A stretch of DNA of 43,864 bases from Candidatus Latescibacterota bacterium (GTDB lineage Bacteria; Latescibacterota; UBA2968), in the NCBI GenBank assembly GCA_038279365.1, contig JAYODI010000048.1:1-43864 (forward strand). The letters are read 5' to 3'. This document shows positions 9,993 through 19,366 of the stretch, piece after piece. Below the pieces are notes generated by a model, which did no database searches, was not told the DNA's origin, and worked only from the letters and a program-made list of their open reading frames with translations. The first letter of the stretch is position 1. Each line of letters begins with the position of its first letter. A program made the position numbers and the translations under genes.

Positions 9993-10062
9993 GGTGCTGT
10001 TGCATCAATTATTCCGTCTGTACGACGGAATAATTGATATCTTAACTTCTTGCCTTCGGCGA

Positions 10063-10094
10063 CTTACTTTTTTTCAACAGCTAAAAAAAGTAAG
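10063..10094. repeat. Perfect AT-rich palindrome in the intergenic region
   Basis: CTTACTTTTTTT-caacagct-AAAAAAAGTAAG, 12-bp stem with 8-nt loop. Confidence 0.65.
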
Positions 10095-10282
10095 CAAAAA
10101 AAGCCGCCCCTCAGGTGCCGGGGAGGCTGATTTTCCGCAAATACCTTCAGTGGGTACATGGAGGGTAGTGGCCTGTCAGGTGGGGTGTTTTTAGGAAAAA
10201 ATAGCTGGACGGAATGGTGCGGAAAATCCGGATGGATATTGTGATTGGTTTTTTTTAGGTGTTATCGTGATAGGAGGGTGAT

Positions 10283-11326
10283 GTGGATATTTTGGAGCGG
10301 TTGTCGGGGGATTATTTTGGGGGAGTGGTGGGTGTTGAGTGGGGGCGTGATGGGGTGCTTTTGAAGCGGGTGACGGATGGGCAGATGGGGCATTATGAGG
10401 GGTGTAATGATCGGTGGCCTTTGCGGGCGCATTGCAATGCGGGTTGTGTGTTGGAGTTGCGGACGGATTCGAGGGTGTTGGATATTTCGTTTTCGGTTGT
10501 GATGGGGGCGCGGCAGTATTTGGGGTTGGATGTTGAGGTGGATGGGCAGGTTGTAAGGTCTGTTTATGTGGATGATTTTTCAAAGCCTGAACAGGTTGTG
10601 ATTACGAATAATGCGCGGGGGGAGGCGCGCGTGATTTTGGCTGAAGCGGGGCGGTTTACACTTCGGTTGTTTGAATATGCAGAGCAAAAAGAGCGGACTG
10701 TTTGTGTGTATTTACCTCAGAGCGTTGCATTGGCGTTTACGGGGGTGGTGGTTGATGATGGAGCTGTGGTGGAGCCTGTTGAGCGGCCTCAACGGAAGCT
10801 TTTGTGTTTGGGAGATTCGATTACACAGGGGATGGATTCAAAGAGTCCGATGGCAGCTTATACAACACAATTGGCACGGTTGTTGGATGCAGAGTTGTTG
10901 AATCAGGGGGTGGGGGGGCATGTTTTTGATGCAGATTCATTTGATATGGGGCTTGCTTTTGATGCGGATGTGGTGACAATTGCTTATGGTACGAATGATT
11001 GGAATGGGAATAAGACGGTTTCAGAAATTGAAAACAATGTGCGGGCTTATTTGACTAAGGTGAAAGCACGGTTTCCCTCAGTTGATATTTATGTGTTGAG
11101 CCCTATTTGGCGAGTGATTGGGAATGAGGTTCGGCAGGGTGGGAATTTGTGGGATTTTTCGCAGGTGATTTTGAAAACTGCTCAGGCATTTGATCGGGTC
11201 ACCTGTATAGATGGTTTGGTGTTAATGCCACATCAGGAATATTTGTTGCCCGATGGTACACATCCGAATGATGAAGGATTTTTGTATTATGCATTGAATT
11301 TGTATCGGGTGATAAAACGATCATGA
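10283..11326 (+). CDS. SGNH/GDSL-family hydrolase (esterase)
   Basis: Block I LGDSITQG, block II NQGVGG, block III YGTND, block V DGTHPN. GTG start after GGAGG. Confidence 0.9.
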   Translation: MDILERLSGDYFGGVVGVEWGRDGVLLKRVTDGQMGHYEGCNDRWPLRAHCNAGCVLELRTDSRVLDISFSVVMGARQYLGLDVEVDGQVVRSVYVDDFSKPEQVVITNNARGEARVILAEAGRFTLRLFEYAEQKERTVCVYLPQSVALAFTGVVVDDGAVVEPVERPQRKLLCLGDSITQGMDSKSPMAAYTTQLARLLDAELLNQGVGGHVFDADSFDMGLAFDADVVTIAYGTNDWNGNKTVSEIENNVRAYLTKVKARFPSVDIYVLSPIWRVIGNEVRQGGNLWDFSQVILKTAQAFDRVTCIDGLVLMPHQEYLLPDGTHPNDEGFLYYALNLYRVIKRS

Positions 11327-12594
11327 TATACTATGAATTGTTGAAATTTTTGTTGCCTTTGTTGGTGACGGTTGTTGTGCAAGAGATGGGTTTGCAGGTG
11401 CTCAATGGCGGTATGGCGCGGGTGCCAAAAGCGATGGAAACGTTGGCCGCTTATGGTTTGGCTTGGGGCATTACGATGTTTTTACAAGGACCATTGGCAC
11501 AAGGTAAACAGTTGGGTTTGGTGTTGGTGGATTCACGTAATGCATTAAAGCAGGTGCATCGGTTTGTGCTTGGTACGGGGTTTTTGTTGGCGTGCTTGTT
11601 GGCGTGTTTGGCTTTGACGTCTGTGGGGGTTTGGGTGGTTGAAGATGTGCATTTGGTATCTGCCGATTTGAGTGGGGTGGTTCGACGTGCATTTTTTTGG
11701 CTGGTGCCCATTCCTGCAATGGCTGGCGTAAATCGGTTGTATATGGGAATGTTGATGCAGGTGCGCCGAACGGATGTGGTGAGTGTGGCCATGATGGGTG
11801 GCATTGCGGCGAGTATTGGTTCGGTGTTTGTTTTGTTGCCTACCGAATTTGTGCAGGCCGATCCGATTCGGTTGCCTTTGGCGGCCACTTATGCCAGTGC
11901 GTTGACGGAGTTTGTGATTGTGTTTTATGGGCGGTTGCGGTGGGTGCATTTATCCGATGAATCTGAAGGTGAGCCATTGACGTTGGCCGATGTGATTCGG
12001 TTTTTTTGGCCCTTGGCATTTATTATGGCGATTCAGGGATTGAGCCGACCGGTGATTAATTTATTTGTGTCGCGCAGCAGCAATGGGCCAGAAGCGTTGG
12101 CGGTGTTGACGGTTGTTTATGCATTGGCACATGTGCCCTATGGGTGGGTAAATGAGACGCGGAGTTTGCATACGGCGTTTAAACATATTCCAAATCATTT
12201 GCATTATGTGAAACGATTTGTGTGGGGGTGTGGGTTGGTTTCTTTTGGGAGCATGGTGTTGTTATTTTGGACGCCAATTCGTGGGATCTTGTTACAAGAT
12301 TGGATTGGTGTGTCTGAAAATTTGGCAATGCAGTGTGCGACACCGTTGTTTTTGTTTTCGTTTTTTCCTTTGGCCGTGATGATACGTGCGCACTATCATG
12401 GTGTGGGGCTACTGGAACGGCGCACCAAAGCGATGGCACCCAGTGCGCCGGCGCGAATTGGTGCGATTGTGGTGGTTTTGTTGATTTTTTCGGGCACTGA
12501 TATCCATGGCGCAACATTGGGGATTGGTGCTTTGTTGTGTGGGTTTGTGTGTGAAGCGACAACGGTTTGGTGGTGTGTGCAAAAAATGAAATAA
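11323..12594 (+). CDS. ANKH (progressive ankylosis protein)-like membrane transporter, MOP superfamily
   Basis: Multi-TM protein with collinear ANKH-like motifs LAAYGLA, FFWPLA...SRPVINLFVSR, HVPYGW, FWTP, FSFFP..V.IRAH and HGATLGIGALL.GFV.E. ATGA overlap with the SGNH gene. Confidence 0.85.
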   Translation: MIYYELLKFLLPLLVTVVVQEMGLQVLNGGMARVPKAMETLAAYGLAWGITMFLQGPLAQGKQLGLVLVDSRNALKQVHRFVLGTGFLLACLLACLALTSVGVWVVEDVHLVSADLSGVVRRAFFWLVPIPAMAGVNRLYMGMLMQVRRTDVVSVAMMGGIAASIGSVFVLLPTEFVQADPIRLPLAATYASALTEFVIVFYGRLRWVHLSDESEGEPLTLADVIRFFWPLAFIMAIQGLSRPVINLFVSRSSNGPEALAVLTVVYALAHVPYGWVNETRSLHTAFKHIPNHLHYVKRFVWGCGLVSFGSMVLLFWTPIRGILLQDWIGVSENLAMQCATPLFLFSFFPLAVMIRAHYHGVGLLERRTKAMAPSAPARIGAIVVVLLIFSGTDIHGATLGIGALLCGFVCEATTVWWCVQKMK

Positions 12595-12627
12595 AATGTT
12601 TATTGATAGATTGGTATGGAGGGTTTT

Positions 12628-13887
12628 ATGGGTGTGATTAAAACAGATGTGCTCGTTTGCGGCGGTGGGTGTGCAGGTTTGGTGGCGGCACTTGCATCTG
12701 CAAGAATGGGTGCAAAGACATTGTTGATTGAACGTGCAGGATTTGCTGGTGGAATTGTGACGGCAACAGGGTTGCCTTTTTTTGATGGGATTGCACATCA
12801 AGGGAGCAACCGCATTGTTGTGCGGGGAATTGCGATGGAGCTGGCTGTAAAGATGGGGCTTTGTAAGGCAGGCGATACGCATATTGAACCGCACAACCCA
12901 CGTATTCGGAATATTGAACAGTTTAAACTTCTGGCAGATCGCCTGCTTTTGGAACACGATAATTTACAGGTATTGTATCACACGGTGGCTTGTGATGTGG
13001 TGGTGCGTGATGGGCGTATTGCAGGTGTGCGGATTGCAAATAAAGATGGGCTGACCACAGTGGAAGCACGGCAAGTGATTGATACAACGGGTGATGGTGA
13101 TATTGCAGCATGGGCGGGTGCACAGACAGAAAAGAATGATCCGCTAATGCCGATGACGATGCATTTTCGTGTGGGACATGTGGGTGCAGATCGCCAGAAT
13201 ATGGGGGAGTTGGCGCGGGCTTCTTTGATTAAGGCACATGAGGCAGGGGATTTGCCTCTTTTTTATGGACCAGCCATTATGTTTGCCTTTGCAAATGATG
13301 AGGCCTATTTTCATGCGATTCGGGTGACGGGGGATGGTACGATTGCGGCCGATTTGACACGGGCCGAAATGCAGGGGCGCAAAGATGCTTGGACGATTTT
13401 TGAATGTTTGAAGCGCGACGTGCCTGCTTTTAAGGACGCCTATTTTATTGAGAGTGGGCCTTATATCGGTGTGCGAGAAACACGGCGTTTGGTTGGGCAA
13501 CATGTATTGAGTGAAGATGATATTCAGGCGTGTAGGTCGTTTGACGATGCAATTGCGACGGGGTGTTGGTACCTTGATGTACACCCCAATAAGGTGACGC
13601 TTCGGGGGGCAAATGAGGGTAACAAGATTCAACCAGAGCCTTACGATATTCCGTATCGGGCACTGCTTTCAAATGAGCTGGCCAATTTGGTTGTGGCTGG
13701 GCGGTGTCATTCGGCAACGGCGTTTGCGGCGAGTTCGACACGGGTGAATGTGACGGCAATGGGGTTGGGTGAGGCGGCGGGAACGGCAGCGGCCTTGTCT
13801 GTGGCACAGGGTGTGGATTTGGCAGAGTGTGATGGTGTGAAGGTGCGTGAGACATTGTCTGCGAAAGGTGCTGGGCCATTTACTTGA
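12628..13887 (+). CDS. FAD-dependent oxidoreductase (FAD_oxidored family)
   Basis: DVLVCGGGCAG, IDTTGDGDIAAWAG, GVRETRR, YDIPYRAL, NLVVAGRCHS, MGLGEAAG. RBS GGAGG before ATG 12628. Confidence 0.88.
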   Translation: MGVIKTDVLVCGGGCAGLVAALASARMGAKTLLIERAGFAGGIVTATGLPFFDGIAHQGSNRIVVRGIAMELAVKMGLCKAGDTHIEPHNPRIRNIEQFKLLADRLLLEHDNLQVLYHTVACDVVVRDGRIAGVRIANKDGLTTVEARQVIDTTGDGDIAAWAGAQTEKNDPLMPMTMHFRVGHVGADRQNMGELARASLIKAHEAGDLPLFYGPAIMFAFANDEAYFHAIRVTGDGTIAADLTRAEMQGRKDAWTIFECLKRDVPAFKDAYFIESGPYIGVRETRRLVGQHVLSEDDIQACRSFDDAIATGCWYLDVHPNKVTLRGANEGNKIQPEPYDIPYRALLSNELANLVVAGRCHSATAFAASSTRVNVTAMGLGEAAGTAAALSVAQGVDLAECDGVKVRETLSAKGAGPFT

Positions 13888-13958
13888 GATGTGGTTTGGT
13901 GGTGATTATAAATTTGATGTGCATTATATCATTGGTATTTCGTTTTGAGGAGCTTTTT

Positions 13959-14738
13959 ATGGCAGAAAAAAATGTGATGGATCAGTTTCGTTTGGATGGC
14001 AAAGTGGCGTTGGTTGTGGGTGGTTCGAAGGGGTTGGGCAAGTCGATGGCTTTGGGATTTGCACAGGCTGGTGCAACAACAGTGATTGGTGCACGTACAG
14101 AGGCCGATTGTGAAAAAACAGCTTTGGAGATAGCAAATGAGACGGGGCAAGAGAGCATTGCCATTGCGGGGGATGTGACAAAACAGGCCGATGTGGATCG
14201 TATTTTTAATGCGGTAAAGGACAAGTATGGCCACTTGGATGTGGTGGTGAACAGCGCAGGGATTAATGTGCGGCATTTGATTGAAGATTTTCCGTTGGAA
14301 GATTTTAAGAAGGTGATGGATATCAATATGACGGGGGTGTGGTTGTGTTGCCGAGCGGCTGCGCGCATTATGAAATCCCAAGGTTCGGGTTCGGTGATTA
14401 ATGTGGCATCGGCTCTAAGTGGGGTGGGTTTGTCTGAGCGCTCGGCGTATTGTTCGTCTAAGGCGGGGGTGATTGGGTTGACCAAGACATTGGCTATGGA
14501 GTGGGCATCTTCAGGCGTACGTTGTAATGCACTGTGCCCAGGCCCTTTTTTGACAGAGATTAATGTGCCTTTGTTGAAAACGCCTGAAAAGGTGAAGGAT
14601 TTGTTGGCTTTGACGATGTTGAATCGGTGGGCTGAGTTGGAAGAAATAAGAGGTGCGGGTTTGTTTTTGGCCAGTGATGCATCGAGTTTTATGACGGGTG
14701 CGTCGTTGTATGTTGATGGGGGCTGGACGGCACATTGA
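13959..14738 (+). CDS. Short-chain dehydrogenase/reductase (gluconate 5-dehydrogenase/KduD-like)
   Basis: VGGSKGLG, NSAG, YCSSK, LYVDGG. RBS GAGGAG before ATG 13959. Confidence 0.9.
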   Translation: MAEKNVMDQFRLDGKVALVVGGSKGLGKSMALGFAQAGATTVIGARTEADCEKTALEIANETGQESIAIAGDVTKQADVDRIFNAVKDKYGHLDVVVNSAGINVRHLIEDFPLEDFKKVMDINMTGVWLCCRAAARIMKSQGSGSVINVASALSGVGLSERSAYCSSKAGVIGLTKTLAMEWASSGVRCNALCPGPFLTEINVPLLKTPEKVKDLLALTMLNRWAELEEIRGAGLFLASDASSFMTGASLYVDGGWTAH

Positions 14739-14788
14739 TGTTTTATGGTGAAATATTGAATGGTAAATTGGGTGTTTATACATAGGAG

Positions 14789-16186
14789 ATGGATTTGGAC
14801 AATCGACCAAATTTTTTGGTGATTATGACCGATCAACAACGTGGTGATTGTTTAAGTGCCGATGGTCACCCTGTATTATTGACGCCGAATATGGATGCCA
14901 TTGGTGGGGCGGGTGTTCGGTTTTCTCGTGCTTATACCACGTGCCCTGTTTGTGTGCCTGCACGACGATCCTTTTTGTCGGGGCAGTTTCCTTCCACGCA
15001 TGGGGTGTTGAACAACAGCAGTATCGAGTGGGAGGGGCCTTCTTTACCTGGGGTGTTGCGCGATGCGGGATATCAGACCGAGTGGGTGGGGCGTGGGATG
15101 CATCAGACACCTCCGCACAAGCGATATGGTTTTGAACATATGGTGTTTAAAGACCATCGGGTGAAAGATGATTATGATGCTTTTTTGGCTCGACGCGAAC
15201 CTGAAGGCGGTGGTGGGTATTATGGCACGGGTGTGATGCACAACGACTGGACGGCACGACCGTGGCATATGGATGAGGCCTTGCACGCGACAAATTGGAC
15301 GGTGAATGAAGCGTTGAACTTTTTGGATCGGCGCGATCCTTCGTGTCCATTTTTTTTGGTGGCTTCTATTTTGGCACCGCACCCACCGCTTGTGCCGCCT
15401 GCGTTTTATATGGATCGCTATTTGCGCCAAGAATTACCTGATCGGGCGCTGGGTGATTGGGCATTGCCACCCGATCGAACAGATGGTGATACGAGTGCTG
15501 AACGGGTGGATTTAAAGGGAGAAGCGTTGCGTTCGGCACGGGCGGGGTATTATGGGTTGATCAATCACGTGGATGATCAGATTCGTCGGTTGCTCAATCC
15601 TGTGGATGGGGTGCAACAAAAAACAAAGCGCAATACGGTGGTGATTTTCTTTTCAGATCATGGGGAAATGTTGGGTGATCATTATCGGTGGCGAAAGTCT
15701 TTGCCTTATGAAGGTTCGGCACGTATTCCATTTATGATTCAAGCACCTGAGCGATTTGGTTTGCAGGTGGGGATGGTGAGTGATACACCAGTGTGTATTG
15801 AAGATTTGATGCCCACAGTTTTGGCAATGGCCAATGTGCCTTGTCCTGAAGGCGTGGACGGTTCTAATTTGTTGCCATTGATGCAAGGGGAAAGGGGTTT
15901 GGATCGTGAATATTTGCATATTGAAACGGCACCGACGTATCATTGTTTGACCAATGGCAAAGAAAAATTTATTTGGTTTGTAAAAGATGGCAGCGAACAG
16001 TTTTTTGATTTGGAAGTTGATCCAAATGAATGTTGCAATTTAATTGATGCAGAAAAGCGACAAGAGCAGATTGCAAATTGGCGTGTGGCATTGATCCAGG
16101 TGTTGAAGAATCGACCGGAGGGATTTTCTGATGGTCATCGGTTGATTTCTGGGCAAGCCTATCCGGGGTTGATGGCGCGAAAATAA
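14789..16186 (+). CDS. Formylglycine-dependent (Cys-type) sulfatase
   Basis: RPNFLVIMTDQQR, TPNMD, CVPAR signature, PHPP, SDHGEMLGDH. No signal peptide. Confidence 0.92.
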   Translation: MDLDNRPNFLVIMTDQQRGDCLSADGHPVLLTPNMDAIGGAGVRFSRAYTTCPVCVPARRSFLSGQFPSTHGVLNNSSIEWEGPSLPGVLRDAGYQTEWVGRGMHQTPPHKRYGFEHMVFKDHRVKDDYDAFLARREPEGGGGYYGTGVMHNDWTARPWHMDEALHATNWTVNEALNFLDRRDPSCPFFLVASILAPHPPLVPPAFYMDRYLRQELPDRALGDWALPPDRTDGDTSAERVDLKGEALRSARAGYYGLINHVDDQIRRLLNPVDGVQQKTKRNTVVIFFSDHGEMLGDHYRWRKSLPYEGSARIPFMIQAPERFGLQVGMVSDTPVCIEDLMPTVLAMANVPCPEGVDGSNLLPLMQGERGLDREYLHIETAPTYHCLTNGKEKFIWFVKDGSEQFFDLEVDPNECCNLIDAEKRQEQIANWRVALIQVLKNRPEGFSDGHRLISGQAYPGLMARK

Positions 16187-16217
16187 AGTGGGTGTGAGAA
16201 TTTGAAATGAGGTGGTT

Positions 16218-16676
16218 ATGAAAGAGAAAGTGCACTTGTCTGAGGTGGAAGAAGTTGTCGATGATTCACCTAAAAAAAAGTATGGATCGTCATGGAAAGA
16301 TATCTCTGGGGCATTGGATGTAGAGGGCCAGCCTTTTGAAGTAGAATGGGTGCGATTGGCTCCAGGGAAAACGAATTTTCCTTGTCATGCGCACCAAGTG
16401 CAATGGGAATTTTATATGGTTGTGAGTGGTGCGGGTGCTGTGCGTCGCAATGATGATTGGTTTGAGGTGGGTGCTGGCGATTCATTTGTACAACCACCAG
16501 GAACAGCGCATCAGATTCGCAACCCGAGTGAAACTGAAGATTTGATTTATTATGTGATTGCAGACAATCCGGTGAGTGACCCTGTGTATTACCCAGATTC
16601 GGGTAAGTGGTTGATTCGTCCACCTCGTATACTGGGGCGAATGACTGAGGCGAGTTATTATGATGGAGAAGAGTAG
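16218..16676 (+). CDS. Cupin-domain protein
   Basis: PCHAHQVQWEFYMVVSG and PPGTAHQIRN motifs, VYYPDSGK tail. RBS GAGGTGG. Confidence 0.87.
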   Translation: MKEKVHLSEVEEVVDDSPKKKYGSSWKDISGALDVEGQPFEVEWVRLAPGKTNFPCHAHQVQWEFYMVVSGAGAVRRNDDWFEVGAGDSFVQPPGTAHQIRNPSETEDLIYYVIADNPVSDPVYYPDSGKWLIRPPRILGRMTEASYYDGEE

Positions 16677-16889
16677 TTTCGTTTATTGTGATCGTTGCCA
16701 CGCGTTATTTGGCATTTGGGAAAGTAATGGGTGTTGCCTGACCAGGTCATTGGGTAGGGGGGGAAATGTTGGGTGATTTTTACGCCTTGATTATCTGGGT
16801 GTGGCGAGTTCGAAGGGTTTGATGCTTCTTATAACACAGGGATAAATTCCTATGCGATGGCACATAACGACTGTTCAAGGGAGATTGAA

Positions 16890-17630
16890 ATGGATTTAAA
16901 AAATAAAGTTGCCATTGTTACAGGTGGCAATGGTGGTTTGGGGCAGCGTATTTGTTTGGCATTGGCCAACGCAGGTTGTAAGATTGCAGTGGTGTATGCT
17001 AAGAGTAAAGAACAAGCTGAAGAAGTGGCTTCGAGATTGGATACTGAAGCAATGGCCGTGCAGTGCGATTTGGCCAGTGCGAGTGATATTCAAAAGATGG
17101 TCGATGCGGTGTTGGCGCATTTTGGGCAGATTGATATTTTGGTGAATGACGCGGCGTATAATAAGTGGATTCCGTTTGATGATTTGGATGCGTTGACATT
17201 GGAAGAGTGGGATAAGATTTTGGCCATTAATTTGACTGGGCCGATGTTGTGCATCAAGGCTGTGGCACCTGCAATGAAAAAACAGGGTGCTGGGCGGGTG
17301 ATCAATATTTCGTCTATTGCGGGTTTGGGGCCAAGTGGATCATCCATTCCTTACGCAGTGTCTAAGGCGGGGTTGAATCATTTGACCAAGTGTATGGCTG
17401 TGGGGTTGGCCCCTGAGGTGACGGTGAATGGGTTGGCACCTGGGTATATTGAAGGCACGCGCGCAACGTCAAATTTAGCACCCGAATATCGTGAACGGGC
17501 AGCTACGAACAACTTGTTGCAAAAGCCAGCGGATAAAGATGATATTGCCGATCAGGTGGTGGCGCTGTGTAAGGCCGATACGATTACGGGGCAAACATTG
17601 GTTATTGATTCAGGACGGGTTTTTCACTAA
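16890..17630 (+). CDS. Short-chain dehydrogenase/reductase
   Basis: TGGNGGLG, VNDAA, YAVSK, ITGQTLVIDSG. RBS AGGGAG before ATG 16890. Confidence 0.9.
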   Translation: MDLKNKVAIVTGGNGGLGQRICLALANAGCKIAVVYAKSKEQAEEVASRLDTEAMAVQCDLASASDIQKMVDAVLAHFGQIDILVNDAAYNKWIPFDDLDALTLEEWDKILAINLTGPMLCIKAVAPAMKKQGAGRVINISSIAGLGPSGSSIPYAVSKAGLNHLTKCMAVGLAPEVTVNGLAPGYIEGTRATSNLAPEYRERAATNNLLQKPADKDDIADQVVALCKADTITGQTLVIDSGRVFH

Positions 17631-17691
17631 GACGGGTGGGAGATATATTGGTTTTTGGTTGAACGAAAATTATATAATAAATTATTGTTTT

Positions 17692-17705
17692 TGTAAGCGA
17701 TTTCG
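17692..17705. promoter_or_regulatory. Possible LacI-family operator in an AT-rich intergenic region
   Basis: TGTAAGCGATTTCG fits TGWAANCGNTTWCA at 13/14 positions; single site, no regulator gene in the window. Confidence 0.3.
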
Positions 17706-17803
17706 AAATTTTTATTGTAAATAGTCTATTTTTATAGATTATAGTTTGAGTTTTATGGTTTGGATAAATTGTAAAAGTATCATTTACGCACAAGGAGTGT
17801 TTT

Positions 17804-19234
17804 TTGGAACTTCAGATTTGTCGCCCAGAGGCCGAAGGGTTGTCGTCTTCTGCCATTCTTGCTTTTGTTGAAGCTGCCGAAACGGAGTTGGAGGCCTTAC
17901 ACAGCTTGATGATTCTTCGTCATGGGCATATTGTGGCACAAGGGTGGTGGCAACCTTATGGCGCATCTTATAATCACCGATTGTTTTCGCTCAGCAAGAG
18001 TTTTACGTCTACAGCAATAGGATTGGCTGTGTCGGAAGGTCTTTTGCGTGTGGATGATTTGGTGGTTTCATTTTTTGCCGACGCGCTTCCTCAAGAACCC
18101 AGCGAAAATTTGTTGGCGATGCGTATTCGCGATTTGTTGTCGATGACGAGTGGGCATCATAATGATACATTGGGTCGTCTTTTGGCGTGTGAAGATGGCC
18201 AGTGGACCCGCGCGTTTTTGGCTTTGCCTGTGGAACACAAGCCCGGTACGCACTTTGTGTATAACACGGGAGCTACGTATATGTTGGCGGCCATTTTGCA
18301 ACAGGTGACAGGTGAAACCTTGCAAGATTATTTGCAACCGCGTTTGTTTGGGCCATTGGGCATTCAAAATCCCAAATGGCAGATGAGTCCAGAGGGTGTT
18401 CATGTGGGTGGCTGGGGTTTGCGGGTAACAACAGAAGATATTGCGCGGTTTGGTCAGTTGTATTTGCAAAAGGGGCAATGGGAAGGCAAACAATTGGTGC
18501 CTGAAGAATGGGTCGCACAGGCGACATTGCGGCAGACTTCTAATGGCAGCAATCCTGAGAGCGATTGGGAGCAAGGATATGGCTATCAGTTTTGGAGATG
18601 CCGACACAATGCGTATCGGGGCGATGGGGCTTTTGGTCAGTTTTGTTTGGTGATGCCCGATCAAGATATGGTTGTGGCAATTACTTCGGGTCTAAAAAAT
18701 ATGCAAAGTGTTTTGGATTTGATTTGGAAATATGTGTTGCCTGCTGTGCAGAGTGAACCTTTGCCACCCAATGATCAGGATTATGATTTGTTGCAAGAAA
18801 AAATGGGATCGTTGTCTTTACCTGTGGTTCAAGGTCAGGCTATGTCATCGCTTGCGACGGATGTTTCGGGGCAGGTTTATGTACGTGAGAAGGATGACAG
18901 CGAAATTCAATCTGTTGCGTTTCGATTTGAAGAAGAAGCGTGTGAGATCACGTTGAAAGATGCTGAAGGCGAGCATTCGTTTGGATGTGGGTATCAAACT
19001 TGGGTAAGGGGTGAGACGACTTTTGATAGTGAAGATGGTTTGCCACAAGTGATTGCTGCTGCAGGTGCGTGGACAGCGCAAGATACCTATACGGTTAAGA
19101 TGTGTTTTTATGAAACACCGTTTTGCTCGACGATTACGATTCGATTTGATGGCGATCTGGTGTTGTTGCACTATGAGGTGAATGTGGGATTTGGTGGGGT
19201 GAAACAGATTGATTGGGTGGGAAAACGCACATAA
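17804..19234 (+). CDS. Serine hydrolase, beta-lactamase class C/esterase family
   Basis: FSLSKS (SxxK), LLSMTSG, FVYNT, LFGPLGI, YGYQFW, GDGAFGQ. TTG start after AAGGAG, no signal peptide. Confidence 0.88.
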   Translation: MELQICRPEAEGLSSSAILAFVEAAETELEALHSLMILRHGHIVAQGWWQPYGASYNHRLFSLSKSFTSTAIGLAVSEGLLRVDDLVVSFFADALPQEPSENLLAMRIRDLLSMTSGHHNDTLGRLLACEDGQWTRAFLALPVEHKPGTHFVYNTGATYMLAAILQQVTGETLQDYLQPRLFGPLGIQNPKWQMSPEGVHVGGWGLRVTTEDIARFGQLYLQKGQWEGKQLVPEEWVAQATLRQTSNGSNPESDWEQGYGYQFWRCRHNAYRGDGAFGQFCLVMPDQDMVVAITSGLKNMQSVLDLIWKYVLPAVQSEPLPPNDQDYDLLQEKMGSLSLPVVQGQAMSSLATDVSGQVYVREKDDSEIQSVAFRFEEEACEITLKDAEGEHSFGCGYQTWVRGETTFDSEDGLPQVIAAAGAWTAQDTYTVKMCFYETPFCSTITIRFDGDLVLLHYEVNVGFGGVKQIDWVGKRT

Positions 19235-19248
19235 GGTCACTTTCTAAC

Positions 19249-19286
19249 TGTTCATTATCGGACACCACTGTATCATTATCGGACAC
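19249..19286. promoter_or_regulatory. Tandem enhancer-like (bEBP) binding sites
   Basis: Identical 14-mers TCATTATCGGACAC at 19252-19265 and 19273-19286 (21-bp period), lying within TGT-N10-ACA and TGT-N11-ACA. Confidence 0.7.
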
Positions 19287-19318
19287 TTTAAAAGGCAGTT
19301 TATTTTACTCAACATGCA

Positions 19319-19331
19319 TAAACTATTGATA
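19319..19331 (-). promoter_or_regulatory. IHF binding site
   Basis: Reverse complement TATCAATAGTTTA matches WATCAANNNNTTR exactly and lies between the enhancer sites and the promoter. Confidence 0.6.
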
Positions 19332-19350
19332 AATGAGGGTGATAGATTTT

Positions 19351-19366
19351 TGGCACATCTTTTGAT
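19351..19366 (+). promoter_or_regulatory. Sigma54 (-24/-12) promoter
   Basis: TGGCAC-ATCTT-TTGAT versus consensus TGGCAC-N5-TTGCW (GA instead of GC at -12), about 65 nt upstream of the permease ATG. Confidence 0.65.

Noticed and set aside
11323-12594. Generic MATE drug-efflux call
   Set aside because: The motifs match ANKH specifically rather than NorM/DinF
13982-14839. 285-aa minus-strand ORF
   Set aside because: Antisense shadow of a clear SDR gene; such shadows are common opposite SDRs, and it has no motifs
17804-19234. Beta-lactam resistance gene
   Set aside because: No signal peptide, and the motifs fit the broad esterase/amidase branch; resistance cannot be claimed
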